A model generated the notes under the pieces. It saw nothing but the letters and a program-made list of their open reading frames with translations, did not search any database and was not told where the DNA came from. A stretch of DNA of 63,361 nt, filler included, from Circinaria calcarea (lineage: Eukaryota), in the NCBI GenBank assembly GCA_051942165.1. It is 7 parts of 7 records of this genome, joined end to end, with 100 filler letters (N's around TTAATTAATTAA, not from the genome) between each part and the next. Parts side by side here need not be neighbours in the genome. Positions count along the whole stretch, not along the records: positions 9,085 to 18,059 come from JAVECS010001010.1; positions 18,160 to 27,124 come from JAVECS010001011.1; 5 more parts are not named here. One strand, 5' to 3'. This document shows, one piece after another, positions 11,762 to 24,400 of this stretch; the first letter of the stretch is position 1, and every line of letters starts with the position of its first letter. The position numbers and the translations under genes are program-made.

Positions 11762-13075
11762 TTTGGCGATGCCTGGCTGACTGCGAATAGAATATCCACG
11801 TACAGGTTCGCTCTTGCGACGAGTTGTAAAGTGGCTGAAGGAGAAGTAAGAAAGGTGGGTTGCTAAATGATACTGTGGTGAATTCAAGCGTGCTGGCTTC
11901 CAGTCAAGGTGCCTGCGCGAAGTGAATCGAAATTCACTCTCCTTCACCAAGTTGAGGGAGGGGGTAAGGCGGGGAGAGAATTGGTCCTCTTATCGCATCA
12001 ACCTTCCGTCCGCGGCGTTGGGAGCGTTTACCCCAAGACCCGATATATTTTATGCAGTCAATCTTCCACTAGCAAATCCGCATGACGTGATGGCGCGAAG
12101 GATTCAGTAAAAGATATCACCGAAAAGAGCGAGACCGTGTGATGGTACAGGAGAAGTAGAGGGTCAAGGAAAAGGGAACATGTTTGGTACAAGCTGCTGC
12201 TACTAAAACGTACCCTACAGAGTACGGATCACAGACTGATGCTGGCTTGATCGACAGCCCATCCTGGCGGGCCGAGCTTGTACGGATCCGGGAAGATTGG
12301 CCTCACGCGAGATCCTGGGCGACCATTACACAGTAGATAGCCAGCGGGGCTAGACATGCACCGGTCAATGTTCTTCGCCGCATTGCGAATCAACGAAGAA
12401 AAGCGTGGGAGGCAAAGACGCAAGGGCCGCTCTAGAAGTGAGGGCGATGATTGGGCGCAACCGGCAGCACTCTCGCTTCTCTAGTCCCCGGTAGCGTGTG
12501 TGCCACGGTGCACCATCCCCTCTCAGCTTAGCCTCAGTCTTCAATGTCGCGAAGATGACCCGCGCAAATGAAAAGGATTCGAGGAAGGGATATGAGGATT
12601 CCAAATTCCCCGGGTAATGTCAAATCCAACATTCCGATTTTGATTCCTTCGGCCGAGTCCCTTTCCCAGGAGGATAAAATCCATCATCCCATATATCGCA
12701 CGAGTTACTCCGTACAACTAGTCAAAGGGCGGCCGGCCGGTTCTGTGACACGTGGGCAAAATGGTGGAAGAGCTAAGGGGGACCGAGGCCAGGGAAACGG
12801 GATGGAACCAAAGAGGTCGATTTAAGGTTATCTATCCAATTACTGCTTACTGCGCGATTCCGCCGGCCGACCCGGGTTCTTGGCAATTCGCCTGACACAT
12901 GGAAATCAACCCGTTTTCGACGGGGTGGGGGGTCATATATAACATCAAAAGCGCATAGTAATGGGCATTTCAGACGACCCTTAATCCAAGTATCAATCCA
13001 TCGCAGTAAAACGAGGGGCCTTTCAATCACCGCTAAACGCGCTCTTTTTGCTCCGTGCCTTTCCATCGTTGCGGT

Positions 13076-14020
13076 TCATTTACTAAGGTCTGTGGTGTGC
13101 TCAAATGGCCAGCCGGCAAGATCCAGGGTCAGAAGGTGGGGATCTTTCGCAATGACTTCCTTCTTCGCTTTCATTTCGTCGACGTCCCAATTCGCCCAAA
13201 GGAACCTCCCCTTCAAAAATTCCGCCTCGGAGCTAGCCAGCCAGATAGCGAATGCGGCCGGGAGATCAACTAGATGTTCCCTTAGCCATTACCCATATGT
13301 TAACATCTCTTGGACAAACTCACCACTGTCGAATCGAAATCCCGAGTCCATCGTACTAGACTTAACCGCCATGTCGGTCGCAATAATTCCAGGCGAGAGA
13401 CTGTACACCCTGACACCCGGGTTCTCGACTCCGATAAAATCTATGACCCGCATACTGGCCGCCTTGCTAGAGGCGTATCCGACAATAGGCCCAAAGTAAC
13501 GAATATGAGCTGCTCCCGTGCTGACGTTGATCAGGACCGCGTCCGGCGTTGCGGACTTTAAGAATGCTTTCGCCCCAATCATAAGGCCTTTGACGTTGAC
13601 TTCGAACCCACGCCATAGATCATCGATCGAAGCGTCAGCCAAGACAGCTGTGGTGTGATAGTATCCAGCATTGGCGATGAAGACGTTGATACGGCCAATA
13701 CTCTTAAGGATTTCGGCAAACACGTCGTTCGTTCTAGCTTCGTCGGTGGTATCTGCGACAAAAGTATGTACGCGAGTCTTGTTTTCCGGAAGAGACTCGA
13801 TCTTCGACTTGACCGAGGATAGGGTCTCTTTCTTGCGACCGGTAATAATCACATCCGAGGCCCCAGCTTTGGCAAAGTTCATAGCAAAGGCAGCTCCGAT
13901 TCCTTGACCACCTCCAGAGATTAAGATTATTTTCCCGGCTGCCGATAGCTCCGGGCGAGTCGGATCAATGGCAGGATACACCTCATGGTGGTAAGTCTTG
14001 GTGAAACTTGGAATTTCCAT
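13076..14020 (-). CDS. Short-chain dehydrogenase/reductase, 2 exons
   Basis: ISGGGQGIG Rossmann motif, IANAG, NVSTG, YASSK (YxxxK). Exon 2 reads [32 protein letters not shown]...[10 protein letters not shown]. Confidence 0.9.
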
Positions 14021-14770
14021 TACGATGTCTTTGTACCGCGTAGATGTTGTGGAGAGAAGTTTGCAGGAAAGGAGGACAGAGTAAAATCAAGAGGCTGGTA
14101 AGAAGAGGATTTGGACGCCGATAGATTGCCGACACTCTTCGGACCGCTGAATGATGCAGAACAGAAAAGTGAGTCTCCATGTTACATATATCCCCCGTCT
14201 AAAGCATTCGGTATAGAATTACCCTATGTAAAGCGATATTCCCCAGGGGTAAATAAGCCATGCTAGGCTGAGATCACACATACCGTACACGTAAAAGGTT
14301 CTTCCTGCTATTGTGGGCAAAGCTTATAACCCTCGGAAATCTCTGGAAGAACTAATACGTTATTCGTCTGGTAGTTGAAATCCCTTTATTCAGCCAATCG
14401 TAAAGGAGACATGCTGAAATGGAAACCCTAAGCGACTGAGGGCGCCGAGAAATCAACCACTACTACAGGCGCTGATTAATCCAAATGTATTTCAGAGGAA
14501 TCCGACATCAAGTGCGATGGGTTGCATCATAGAGACGGTAAAGGACGATAGCTGATAGGAGATATCCCATTTTCGGATGATTGGAAATCCAATATCATGA
14601 CAAACCAGAGGGAAGCGGGGCTTTACGAGTGAAACCGGCTGCGCTAAGGCGCTTCGCTTGCGCGGTTTCAGGGACGGCTATTCTGACGAATAGAATTGCT
14701 TATGGAGTACGCTTCATGATTTCCAAGCTGATCATCCACATCCCAAGCCATTGCATTCGTTACAGCTGCA

Positions 14771-15673
14771 ATGAACGCGAAACCTACGTTTGCACGGGGC
14801 TTGGCCTTGTTGCAAAAGTACCAGCGAATTAATTGCCCCATATCTAGTCATATTCTGTCATCCAGGGACGCGAATGTTTTTGCATGTAACCGCTTCAATG
14901 GCTCCCTTTCATCTCCCAGTCCTTCGAGTGCTCCCATAGACCGGACTGTCCCGCCAAAACAAGACCCAGACAGCCCAGCAGATCCCCCTACATTGTCGTC
15001 AAGTCGGCGCTCACTTCGCCCATTGATATACGCGACAACTTTTCTATTCATCGGTCTTACTATCGGGCAATACGTCCGCTTCATTATCCTGCCACCTCCA
15101 TTGCCTCGTCCGGGCAGTCCAGAAGATCTCGTCTTCCTTCGCGTTCTACAAGATGACGCGGAGAAACTACCAATGGTCCAGGAGCTCCGCTCGCGTCCTC
15201 ATGAATGGACCGAGTTGAGCGTTTACGGAGGCCTACAAGAGTCGGAAAAGAAGTCAAGTATGACGGCCGGGGCAATGGGCGGCTCACGAGGGCTTGGTGT
15301 TCAGAGGATCTTCTGGAACGAAAAGGAACAGAGGACTATCTGTGTGGTGTTTTTTGGCGGTGCGTTGGCTGGCTGGCCCGGAGTCACACATGGAGGGACT
15401 ATAGCTACAATCTTGCAAGAAAATATCGAGAGACTGGCAACGATATATAACACCAACACGCCGAATGTTACTCAGCAGCCTCGCGAGGCTTCTGCTAAGC
15501 TCGACAAGTTAGAACTCGAATATTTAAGGCCGACTCTAGCAAATAGGTTCCACGTTATACGAGCCGAAATCAATGGCTCCAAGAATAAGCAGATCCGGGT
15601 CAAAGCTACCCTTGAGGAAGTTACTAACGGGGCCATCTGCGTGGAGGGTACAGCAGTCTGTACTCTACTGTGA
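14771..15673 (+). CDS. Mitochondrial thioesterase-family (hot-dog fold, Fmp10-like) protein
   Basis: Basic N-terminal leader, one TM segment, SSMTAGAMGGSRGLG, FFGGALAGWPGVTHGG. Confidence 0.75.
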   Translation: MNAKPTFARGLALLQKYQRINCPISSHILSSRDANVFACNRFNGSLSSPSPSSAPIDRTVPPKQDPDSPADPPTLSSSRRSLRPLIYATTFLFIGLTIGQYVRFIILPPPLPRPGSPEDLVFLRVLQDDAEKLPMVQELRSRPHEWTELSVYGGLQESEKKSSMTAGAMGGSRGLGVQRIFWNEKEQRTICVVFFGGALAGWPGVTHGGTIATILQENIERLATIYNTNTPNVTQQPREASAKLDKLELEYLRPTLANRFHVIRAEINGSKNKQIRVKATLEEVTNGAICVEGTAVCTLL

Positions 15674-16799
15674 AGCTATACAAGTTCAGCAGGTTAAGAA
15701 AAACACCCAGCGCTTTCATTCACAGGAACTTCTCAATGACAGGACGAGTTCGAGACAGAGTGGATGGCTATCGAGCAGACTGATCAGGGATCAGTCCAGA
15801 TGATCAGTAATTGAATTAATGGACCAATTCGAGTGTGTGCTCCACAGCCATACATGATGATTAAACCTTTCACGACTTGGAACCCTTACGATATAGGAGC
15901 ACGACTGAGCGCGCTACAGTATGCCTTTCAATATCAAGGACAAAACTTGATAAGCGATTAGCACCGCACGTATAGAGTGTTCACGACAGAAGACAGGAGC
16001 AGATGGCGTCTACCAAGGCGATGCGAGGCAATGAATCGATGGGTCAACAACATACCCGGGGATTGATGCTACGATGCTTTGGGACTAGCTGTTTCTGGAT
16101 ACACGGATCTTAGTTTGGGAAAATGGGAATCCGAATACGTGCGACCGCGTGAACGGGACTCGGGTCATCCCTCTTCTGTGGATTGCGCTGGATTTGACGG
16201 CTGGGACTGATAGGCCGTGTTGCGGCGCGTGGCATGGTGTTTGGTATTAACGAAACGAAACGGTGGGTTGTTCACTCTGCCGCCGCCTAGTCAAGGTCTT
16301 CACATCTTGTCATTTTTCCCTGGACTGGTGGAAGAGAAGTAATTCACTGATGATTTCCGAAAACCCTCTCACTACCTTTGAATTGCATTACTCTCGTCGT
16401 TTCCTCTTCCAGATGCTCCTTTCTGTCCGGTAGTAGAACCCCGCATCATTGCAACCTCGGCTAAAGGCGGCGGCAGGATCTAAGGGCTGGCTATCGACTA
16501 ACTCCAAATGGCCACTACCGAGGGCTGACATTCCACCAACCGAACCTTTTCTTAACGGCTGTCCTGTTCCTTTGGCTGGCCCGGCTACACTTTCATGGGC
16601 CGGGACCCGGGTGAATTATGGGTGGAATGGCGCTGGATTTGCGGCTGATCTGAGACTACTGAGTAATCAATCAGTATCCCCGCACCTGCATGGTTCTTCT
16701 TCCATGTGGACATCGTAGCAGTCTCTACATCTTCCATCACTTCAGAACTAAGGCGCATAGCCATCCAGATCAATCTTTGCGGAAAGATCTGTCGGCGCC

Positions 16800-18059
16800 A
16801 TGGTGCATTCCTCCACTTCAGAGGCGTCGGTCTCAACGTCTGTCGAAGAGAAGAAGACCGTTGACGCTCACATCGAAACAATCCACACCAACGAGCGGCT
16901 ACCAGGCCATCCGGCTTATTACGAGAAAAATGGGTTGAGGACTTATGGCGACGATGAGGATCACGACCATGAGCCACCGGTAGAATAGACCAAAGCCAAG
17001 CATTGGTAACGATGAGCTGACTCTGGGGCGTGTCCAGATGTCTTTCAGTAGAATGATGTCTCTGATTGCCATGGCTTTCCTCTGGACCGGCTCTCAGATT
17101 CCCGTCTACATCTTTGGCGGCGTTCCCCCGTACATCTATCGTGATATTGGAGGTACGGATCGATGGATCTGGTTCGTAAGTATTGTTCGGCTTCACTTAT
17201 TACCAGAGATCTCTTTTCTAATGGGAGGTAGGTTTTGGCCAACTTGCTTGCTCTTGCGGCAATTTGCCCATTCGTGGGTTCTTTATCTGACCTTATGGGA
17301 CGACGATACGTTGCTTTGACGGGTGCATTGTTCATTGTCATAGGGATGATTGTCTGCTCAACAGCTCATACCATGAATGTGTTCATCGGTAAGTGATATG
17401 TATTTTTTACAAAGCCATTTCTGACATCATTCTAGGTGGAATGGCTCTAGCTGGTGTTGGAGCAGGAATCAACGAACTCACAGCTCTAGCAGCCACATCG
17501 GAACTGGCACCTACTCGAAAGCGTGGTAAATACGTGGCTGTCTTGATCTTCACGATTGTTCCGTTCTGTCCGTCCGTGCTCTGGGCACAATTAATCGCTT
17601 CCCATGCTGGGTGGAGATATTGCGGTCTACTCTGTGGTGTGTGGGCCGCCATTGGGCTTTTCATGACGCTCTTCTTCTACTTCCCACCTCCAAGAGTCAA
17701 CTCGCAAGGATTGACCAGGAAAGAAATTATCGGTCAAATTGACTTTGTGGGAGGCTTTTTCAGTATCGTTGGCATGCTACTGTTTGTCTGTGGCATGCAA
17801 TGGGGAGGGTATCAAGTGAGTTCTTTCCTTACATTTGAGAGCTTTGCAAAAATCTAACGACTTCCAGTACCCTTGGAGCTCTGCTCACGTCCTAGTTCCA
17901 CTCATCCTTGGTTTCGTCTTCCTTGTGATCTTCTGCGTATGGGAGGCCAAATTTGCCAAATATCCCATGTTTCCCAAACGCATAAAGCAGGCTCCTCGTA
18001 CTCTTGTCCTAACACTCATCATCACTTTCATCTCCGGTGCCAACTTCTTCTCAATCCTC
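16800..18059 (+). CDS. MFS transporter, fungal trichothecene-efflux (TRI12-like) family, 5' part
   Basis: Multi-exon. AMAFLWTGSQIP, PFVGSLSDLMGRRY, GAGINELTALAATSELAPTRKRGKY, IDFVGGFFSIVG...MQWGGYQYPWSSAHVL. Cut by contig end. Confidence 0.85.
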
Positions 18060-18159
18060 NNNNNNNNNNNNNNNNNNNNNNNNNNNNNNNNNNNNNNNNN
18101 NNNTTAATTAATTAANNNNNNNNNNNNNNNNNNNNNNNNNNNNNNNNNNNNNNNNNNNN
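18060..18159. other. Artificial contig linker
   Basis: N-run + TTAATTAATTAA + N-run, 100 nt. Confidence 0.98.
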
Positions 18160-18299
18160 GTATAATATATTTAATAAAATAAATTAAATATAATTAAAGT
18201 TTTATTATGCGACTGATTTTTATCATGCGACTGACAGGCACTAACTAGTTAGTGCTTTTGAAAAAATTATTTCGCGAAATAATTTTTTCAAAATTTACC

Positions 18300-18790
18300 C
18301 TTGGGCACGATTATGTCAGTGCTTTTTGCCAGATCCTGCTTGGGTTTCGCCATCTACACGAGCGCAAGATCGTACATCGAGACCTCAAGCCAGCAAACCT
18401 TCTGGTAGCCGAGCCTTTCACTATCATCATTGCTAATTTTGACTTGTCCAAAGATGGCACCGATCACCTGCTAACAACGTTTTGCGGCACATACCTCTAC
18501 GCTACACCAGAGGTCTACATGGAAACAATAATGGTTATGAGCCCATGATTGATATGTGGTCTACGGGTATAATCATGCTTGGACTCATGTACGGTCGCCC
18601 AGCTATGCTGTCTATGAAGAGAATTACTCTCCCCACTTAGAACAAGCGCTGACCAAAGGTACTCATCAAAGCTGTCGAGGAGTGAGACACAGATCACGAC
18701 CGAGTGATGGACATCCTTGTCTGCATCATTTATGTCAAGCCTGAAGAGAGACTGAGTGCAAATGAATGCTTGGAAAAAGGATCCGACAGC
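18300..18790 (+). pseudogene. Ser/Thr protein kinase remnant (C-lobe)
   Basis: QILLGFRHLHERKIVHRDLKPANLL. DFG has become NFD (G>A changes). TTFCGTYLYATPEV, then a frameshift into DMWSTGIIML. No N-lobe; flanked by AT-rich sequence. Confidence 0.8.
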
Positions 18791-21435
18791 GAGCTTTTCC
18801 GTGGGGCTCTATCAAGCTACGGCGTCACTATGTGGCATCGATAAAAGAGTGAGAGAATGACTTGTATTACAACTGCGTGTATGACTGCTATGTTCTGCTG
18901 TGTGTTGCAGCAGAAGAATCTGTCTATGTGTACGCGTGGGCGCAGTGGAATAACATACGTCCGAGGAGCTAACCTAAAAGGCTTGACAGGCTCTCGATGG
19001 TACCGTCATTGATTCGATGAATATATTAGAACAAGATGCAGAGCAGAGTGAAAAAACCTCTCCAAGACAAAAATCGCTTTTATTCAAGGCACTTGCCTCA
19101 AGCAAACATAAGTCTCGATATCCGGGAAATATAGAATCGTTTAACCTATCAAGAGAAGAGGACGAAAATGTGCGAAGAGACGATTCTCTCACTTCGGATA
19201 ACAATAGCAGGACGTCAAAATTCCCTGGCCCACGATGTGAGATTGCGACACACGTTGGATGGAACCAGAATTAGCCAAACAGAGCCTACACTAATTAGCG
19301 AATGAAAAGAGGCTAAATTAGAGCATCGAAAGAGAATTTCGGCCGGGAGAGCACAGAGGGAAGAGAGACTTAGGTACGAAAGCTGCAATGCGAAATGTGA
19401 ATCAACGGAGCGAAGAGCAGAAAGCTCACATGGCCCAACGTTCGTCAAGGTCCACGAATTAGGCAAACCCTCGACCAGATGCGAAGCCTCCAAATCAGCT
19501 CCCCCAGAGCCCAACTAACTGCTAAGCTGCCGAGAAGAGCCCGGAATGGCTGCGATTGATGGCGGTGGTCTGCTCGCGCGTCATCGGCTAAGCGGCAAAG
19601 TGAGAAGGAAGGGGGGAGTGCAGAGACATATGCAGAGTTAACGAGAAGAAAAACCGTTCGAGGAAAGCGTGAGGAGACAATCTACTGACTTTTTCGGACT
19701 ACTAGCCATAGTAGGTGAAGCTACTTGGCCCGCACTTTCTTACCAGATGTTCTATCTCTTGGATAAAAGATTATGGGACAGCTTCCAGCCATGTGTACTT
19801 TGGAGAATCTCATAATTATTCAAAGCAATCGGTTTGCCGCCGTCAGACTTTCTGAAGAAGACATCGAGACTGTCGATCAGCTATAAAAGCTAGCAAAGGT
19901 GATAGGTACTGGATGATATGCCGGGGAGTACCATACGAGATGGAATTAAGCAAGGTGACGGTTAGATATCGAGACGAATACCTTAGTACTACTGGATGTG
20001 CAAAATCTGACGAGGACAAGGATCCTGAGAAAGAAGCACGCATTTTCAGGCATAGCGCGAATCACTTTGCTAGGACGGATCTTCTCGCGCAGCTCTTTTC
20101 GTGAAGCCTTTAATCTTCTCTAACAGCTGCGCACATGGAGAGGCTCGGAACGAATCCGGTAGAGGGGAAAGTGCGACATAGCAACTAGAACATCTCGATG
20201 GCTCAGCTCGCAGCAGCTGACTTGTCCCCACAAAAACGAGCATCTCCTGCGAGGTGCGGGGATGTCAGTCGAGCAGACGCCTGCGGACTGGAATCGAAAA
20301 TTTAGGATGGCCAAGAGCTACGCCGTGGATCGAACTAGTGCGATCAGGGGGAGTTGATAGCCCGTTGACCTAGGTGTAGTGTCACGCGGGCGATAAAAAA
20401 AGTGCGACACACAAACTCGGTGGCCACCATTATGTTACAGACTGTAGCCAGGAAAACGTGGGGTGCATTTGGGCAAATGTGGTGTCTCTGAGGAGTTGAA
20501 GCCACTTATATACCCTCCCTTGATAAGTTACTTGGTAAATATTCGACCAGATTGTTAACCTGGTGGTGCACTTAAGTTATTTGTTACGCGGAGAATCACT
20601 TCTGCTTGCACAGAACGACTAGGCTTTACGCAGACTTTTTGAGTTGTTCCGACAGACTTGGTAATAGATCTGGATGAACTATTTGTTCAAGAGACCCTTG
20701 GGCACAGGTACGTGTTGCGTCTGGATTATGCACTTTGACTTATTGCATGAGTTACAGCAATATAAGCCTGCTTAGAGGTTGCGATATCACGAACGGCGAG
20801 ATGCGTGTCACTACTGTTTGTAACTGCAATAACTATTCGTGGGGATATATGACGAGGCCGGCAGACATATCATTGCCTTCTTAAAATTCCCTGCATATGC
20901 TGTGGAATAATTCTTTGGATGGCTGGGACTTCTACTGCTTGGCCATCACCTGTTGCACCACACACGATAATTATCTTGTGCGTTATCCCATGCATGTCCC
21001 TTTACAAAACAATATGCAGTATCTGCTTCTGATTAGCCTTTCTAGCTCGTTCTTCGGACCATGTTACCACTGTCACTTAAAACAGATCGCTGTATTGGCT
21101 TCAATAAATATCGAGATCAGCAGGCAAATGCGCCCAGTGGAACGGGTGGGGTGCTCAGACATGGTTATACTCGGATATGATCTACATATACTGCATATAC
21201 CCGTGCATGATATAATGCATTATTCTCGTTAAGCAGTTTGCGGGGTTCGTATGCAGAACGAGAATAACGACGCATCAGCGATGTCTTAACACATTCACTC
21301 AGCATAAATAATGCTTATCCACATCCAGATTTCCGAAGCACCTAAATGCCAGTCAGACAGCTTTGAAACATCTCCAACATATCTCATTTTAAAATTTAAC
21401 CACCCAGATTTTATCCCCCAGTGTACTCTTACAAT

Positions 21436-24400
21436 ATGAGTACCGGTGGACTTTCGGCACGCTCACTCACGGCGTTGGGCAATGATGGAGCCTCCGTCGC
21501 CATGCGGTGGCTTGAGATGCTTCTCCCTGATAGTGGAGATGTCCAAACTGGCCTGCCAGCATACTCTCTACGTGTTATCGAAGATCCTACGAACAAAGTA
21601 ATCCGCATGGTCACAGACCCATTGAATTTGATCAGTGTCATGGGGCCTGCACGATCAGGGAAAAGCACTCTCATGAACTTGCTGGCTGGATGTAGAGTAT
21701 CAGAGCTATTCCCTACGTACCCCGGCATGGAAACCTTTACCAAAGGCATCTACGTTCCAACCCGGATGCTCTCCCTACCGGATTTCTCAGCCCTCGAGGG
21801 CGATCCGCCTGTGCAGTCGAGCAATTCAAATATCAAAGTTACCTTCGTTGACACGGAAGGTCAAGGGGCAATTGGAACAACTTACGACATGAGTCTTTTC
21901 AGTCCGGCCTTGATCTCTTCCCGAGTTGTGATTTACAATCGGACTGGGGGACTGCTAATTGAAGAGATCATTAATCAGTTGGGAATGATGACACAAGCTG
22001 CCCAACGCTTGCAGGTTGCTAGCGACAGCTCATCAGGGCCTATATTTGGCCACCTTTTCATCGTGTTCAATCAGTTTCGGCTGAACAAAACAGACACCGC
22101 TGCCACCCTACGAGCAACATTGGTCAATGACGAAAGGGAGGCCGACGCCTCGTCTAAAAATCGAAATGCGATACGAGCTCTGTTGCGGACAGCCTTCGAA
22201 TCTATCCAGGTGTACATTCTACCCGATCAGCTGAAAGAGGAAGCGCGAGATGGGCTTGCTGATGGAACGAAACTATTCCTACTACTCGACGATTTCCGGC
22301 CAAGGTATCTCGAGTATTTCAAAGTTCTCCGCGAGGGACTCTCTCAGGCCCTTGTGCAGCCGAGAGAGCTCACGAAAGGGGTTCCGTTGACCGGCGGTGC
22401 TCTCGCTGACTTCATGCCACAATTTGCTGCAGCAATCAACAAGGCTGAGCCGTTGAATATTCCCAGCATATTCGAAGCTGCGCAGAATGGTGCCATCAAC
22501 AAAGCTATCAGTGCCTTCTCGGTGGCACTTACGACAAGCCTTGACGCGCGGCTTGCGGAGCCACCCAGAGCGACGGTGAGGCTGGGCAGTCTTATCGAAC
22601 AAGATATAACGTTACTGCTAGCACAGGTTGCATCCATACTCTCTTATATGCCGCAGGCCACTGTCCAGAAAGCTCAAGACGAGGCTCGCAAACAATCCGT
22701 GACACCCAAGGCCTCGGCGCTAGCCGTTAATCTGACTCGTCTTAAAGGTGTCATGACAACCAATCTCAACAACTCGATCAGCGGCTTGAGCGATACGGTC
22801 GAAGGAATGTTCCAAGGCCTCAACGGCCAGGTTAGCCAGGCTGAAGCTGAAGCCCAGCTGAGCAGTCTAGAGTCTTTTAGTGTGTCGTCGTTACAGACTA
22901 CCGGTAATCAATATGATCCTCAGAGTTTCCCAGATGGCTGGCGGCAGGCTTTCACCGATGCGGTTGCCGCCCTCAAACCATCCCTGTGGATGAGGATAGC
23001 GGCCGCTTGGGCCAATTGGGTCACCAATCTCAAGACTGGCAAGATGGACCTTCTGACCATTACTCTGGTTTCCCTGGGAGAGAGTAAGGGTATCGGAGAG
23101 GGCAACGCTTACGCGAGCGAATCCCTGACCCGAACACAACGTGTGAAAGACGAATTTAATGGCTTGATGGACACTCATTACCGTTGGACTGATAAGGCGG
23201 ATCAAAAGACTCAGTTTGCCACCATGCTGGACAATGCTGCCCAGACTCGTCGCGCTCTTTGGGACCAGAATGACACAGCGATCAGGACACAATTGGCTGC
23301 GCTGATCCAGCGCCTACAGCTTCAGTATGATATCAAACTCCAAGATGCCCTGGTCCCTCTGGTCGAGCCCGCCGCGTACTCGGTAATTACCGATGACTCG
23401 GAGCTGAAGGTTTGTAAAATCTCAATGTGCCGCTAAAAGCTTTTAAAGTTGACCAAAGCGTGCTAGACCCAACTCGCTACGTTTCTGTCAGGCAACAAAA
23501 TCTCTACATCTCTGATGGCCGACACGACTCTTCAGTTTCAAGGCGCCATCTCCTTGAAGAAATCCGGCTTCAATGGTGTGTACACACGCGGTAAGCCTTT
23601 CCGACCGCTACAACCCATTTCCTCCTTTGAAATACCCATGTTCTCTTGCGAATGCCTCGTATTGACCCTATGTAGCGACAGATGAGTATAGACAGTACTT
23701 GGGGGGGGAGTTCTCGCGCAGAGTACCCGTGTTTCTTTCCCAGTACCGTACTGACGTCGATCTAATTGAGCTCAATCTGAACTCAACGGCTGTCACCAGA
23801 ACAAACGTCTCTGCCCAATGCGATGCACTCCAGACCCAAGCTCGTGGCAAATTCACTCTCCTGACATCGACTCTTGGCGTCAAGTCTTCAGGCGCAATCT
23901 CCACGAGCGTGGTCGAGACCTACTCTGCTCAACTTGAGGACAGTATCAGGCTTAGTAAAAGGGAGAAACTGGACAAATATGACGAGGTTGTGGGCATGTA
24001 CAATAAAACGCTTCTGGCCGGCGTTATGACACCAGTGGTCGATAAGGTATTCCTCTAAAGTTTCTCAGCACAAGGTATTGTAGGCCTGCTGACCTTTCAT
24101 TCCAGGCTCTTGCCAATTCATATGCAAATGACGGAGCTTTGAACGGGGATGTCGATAATGCGAAAACGGCTTTTATGTTCAAAGCTCGAGGTGATGGTGT
24201 GGATAGGGATACGGTCAGTACATCGACCTCTCTAGACCTTCTACCACTTACTGACCCCGTCCATTTGTTCTTATAGAAGTGGAATCAATGGTACACTGGT
24301 ATCTATCCGCTTTTACTGGAGACCATTCGTCGGTACAATGCATATACCACTCCCGGATTAGATGGGAACAAAGCTGCCACTAAAGAGGTTCAGAGTGTGG

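Noticed and set aside
9802..18059. Permease + SDR + thioesterase + TRI12-like MFS as a secondary-metabolite cluster
   Set aside because: No backbone enzyme (PKS/NRPS/terpene cyclase) is visible, and the permease and thioesterase look like conserved housekeeping genes.
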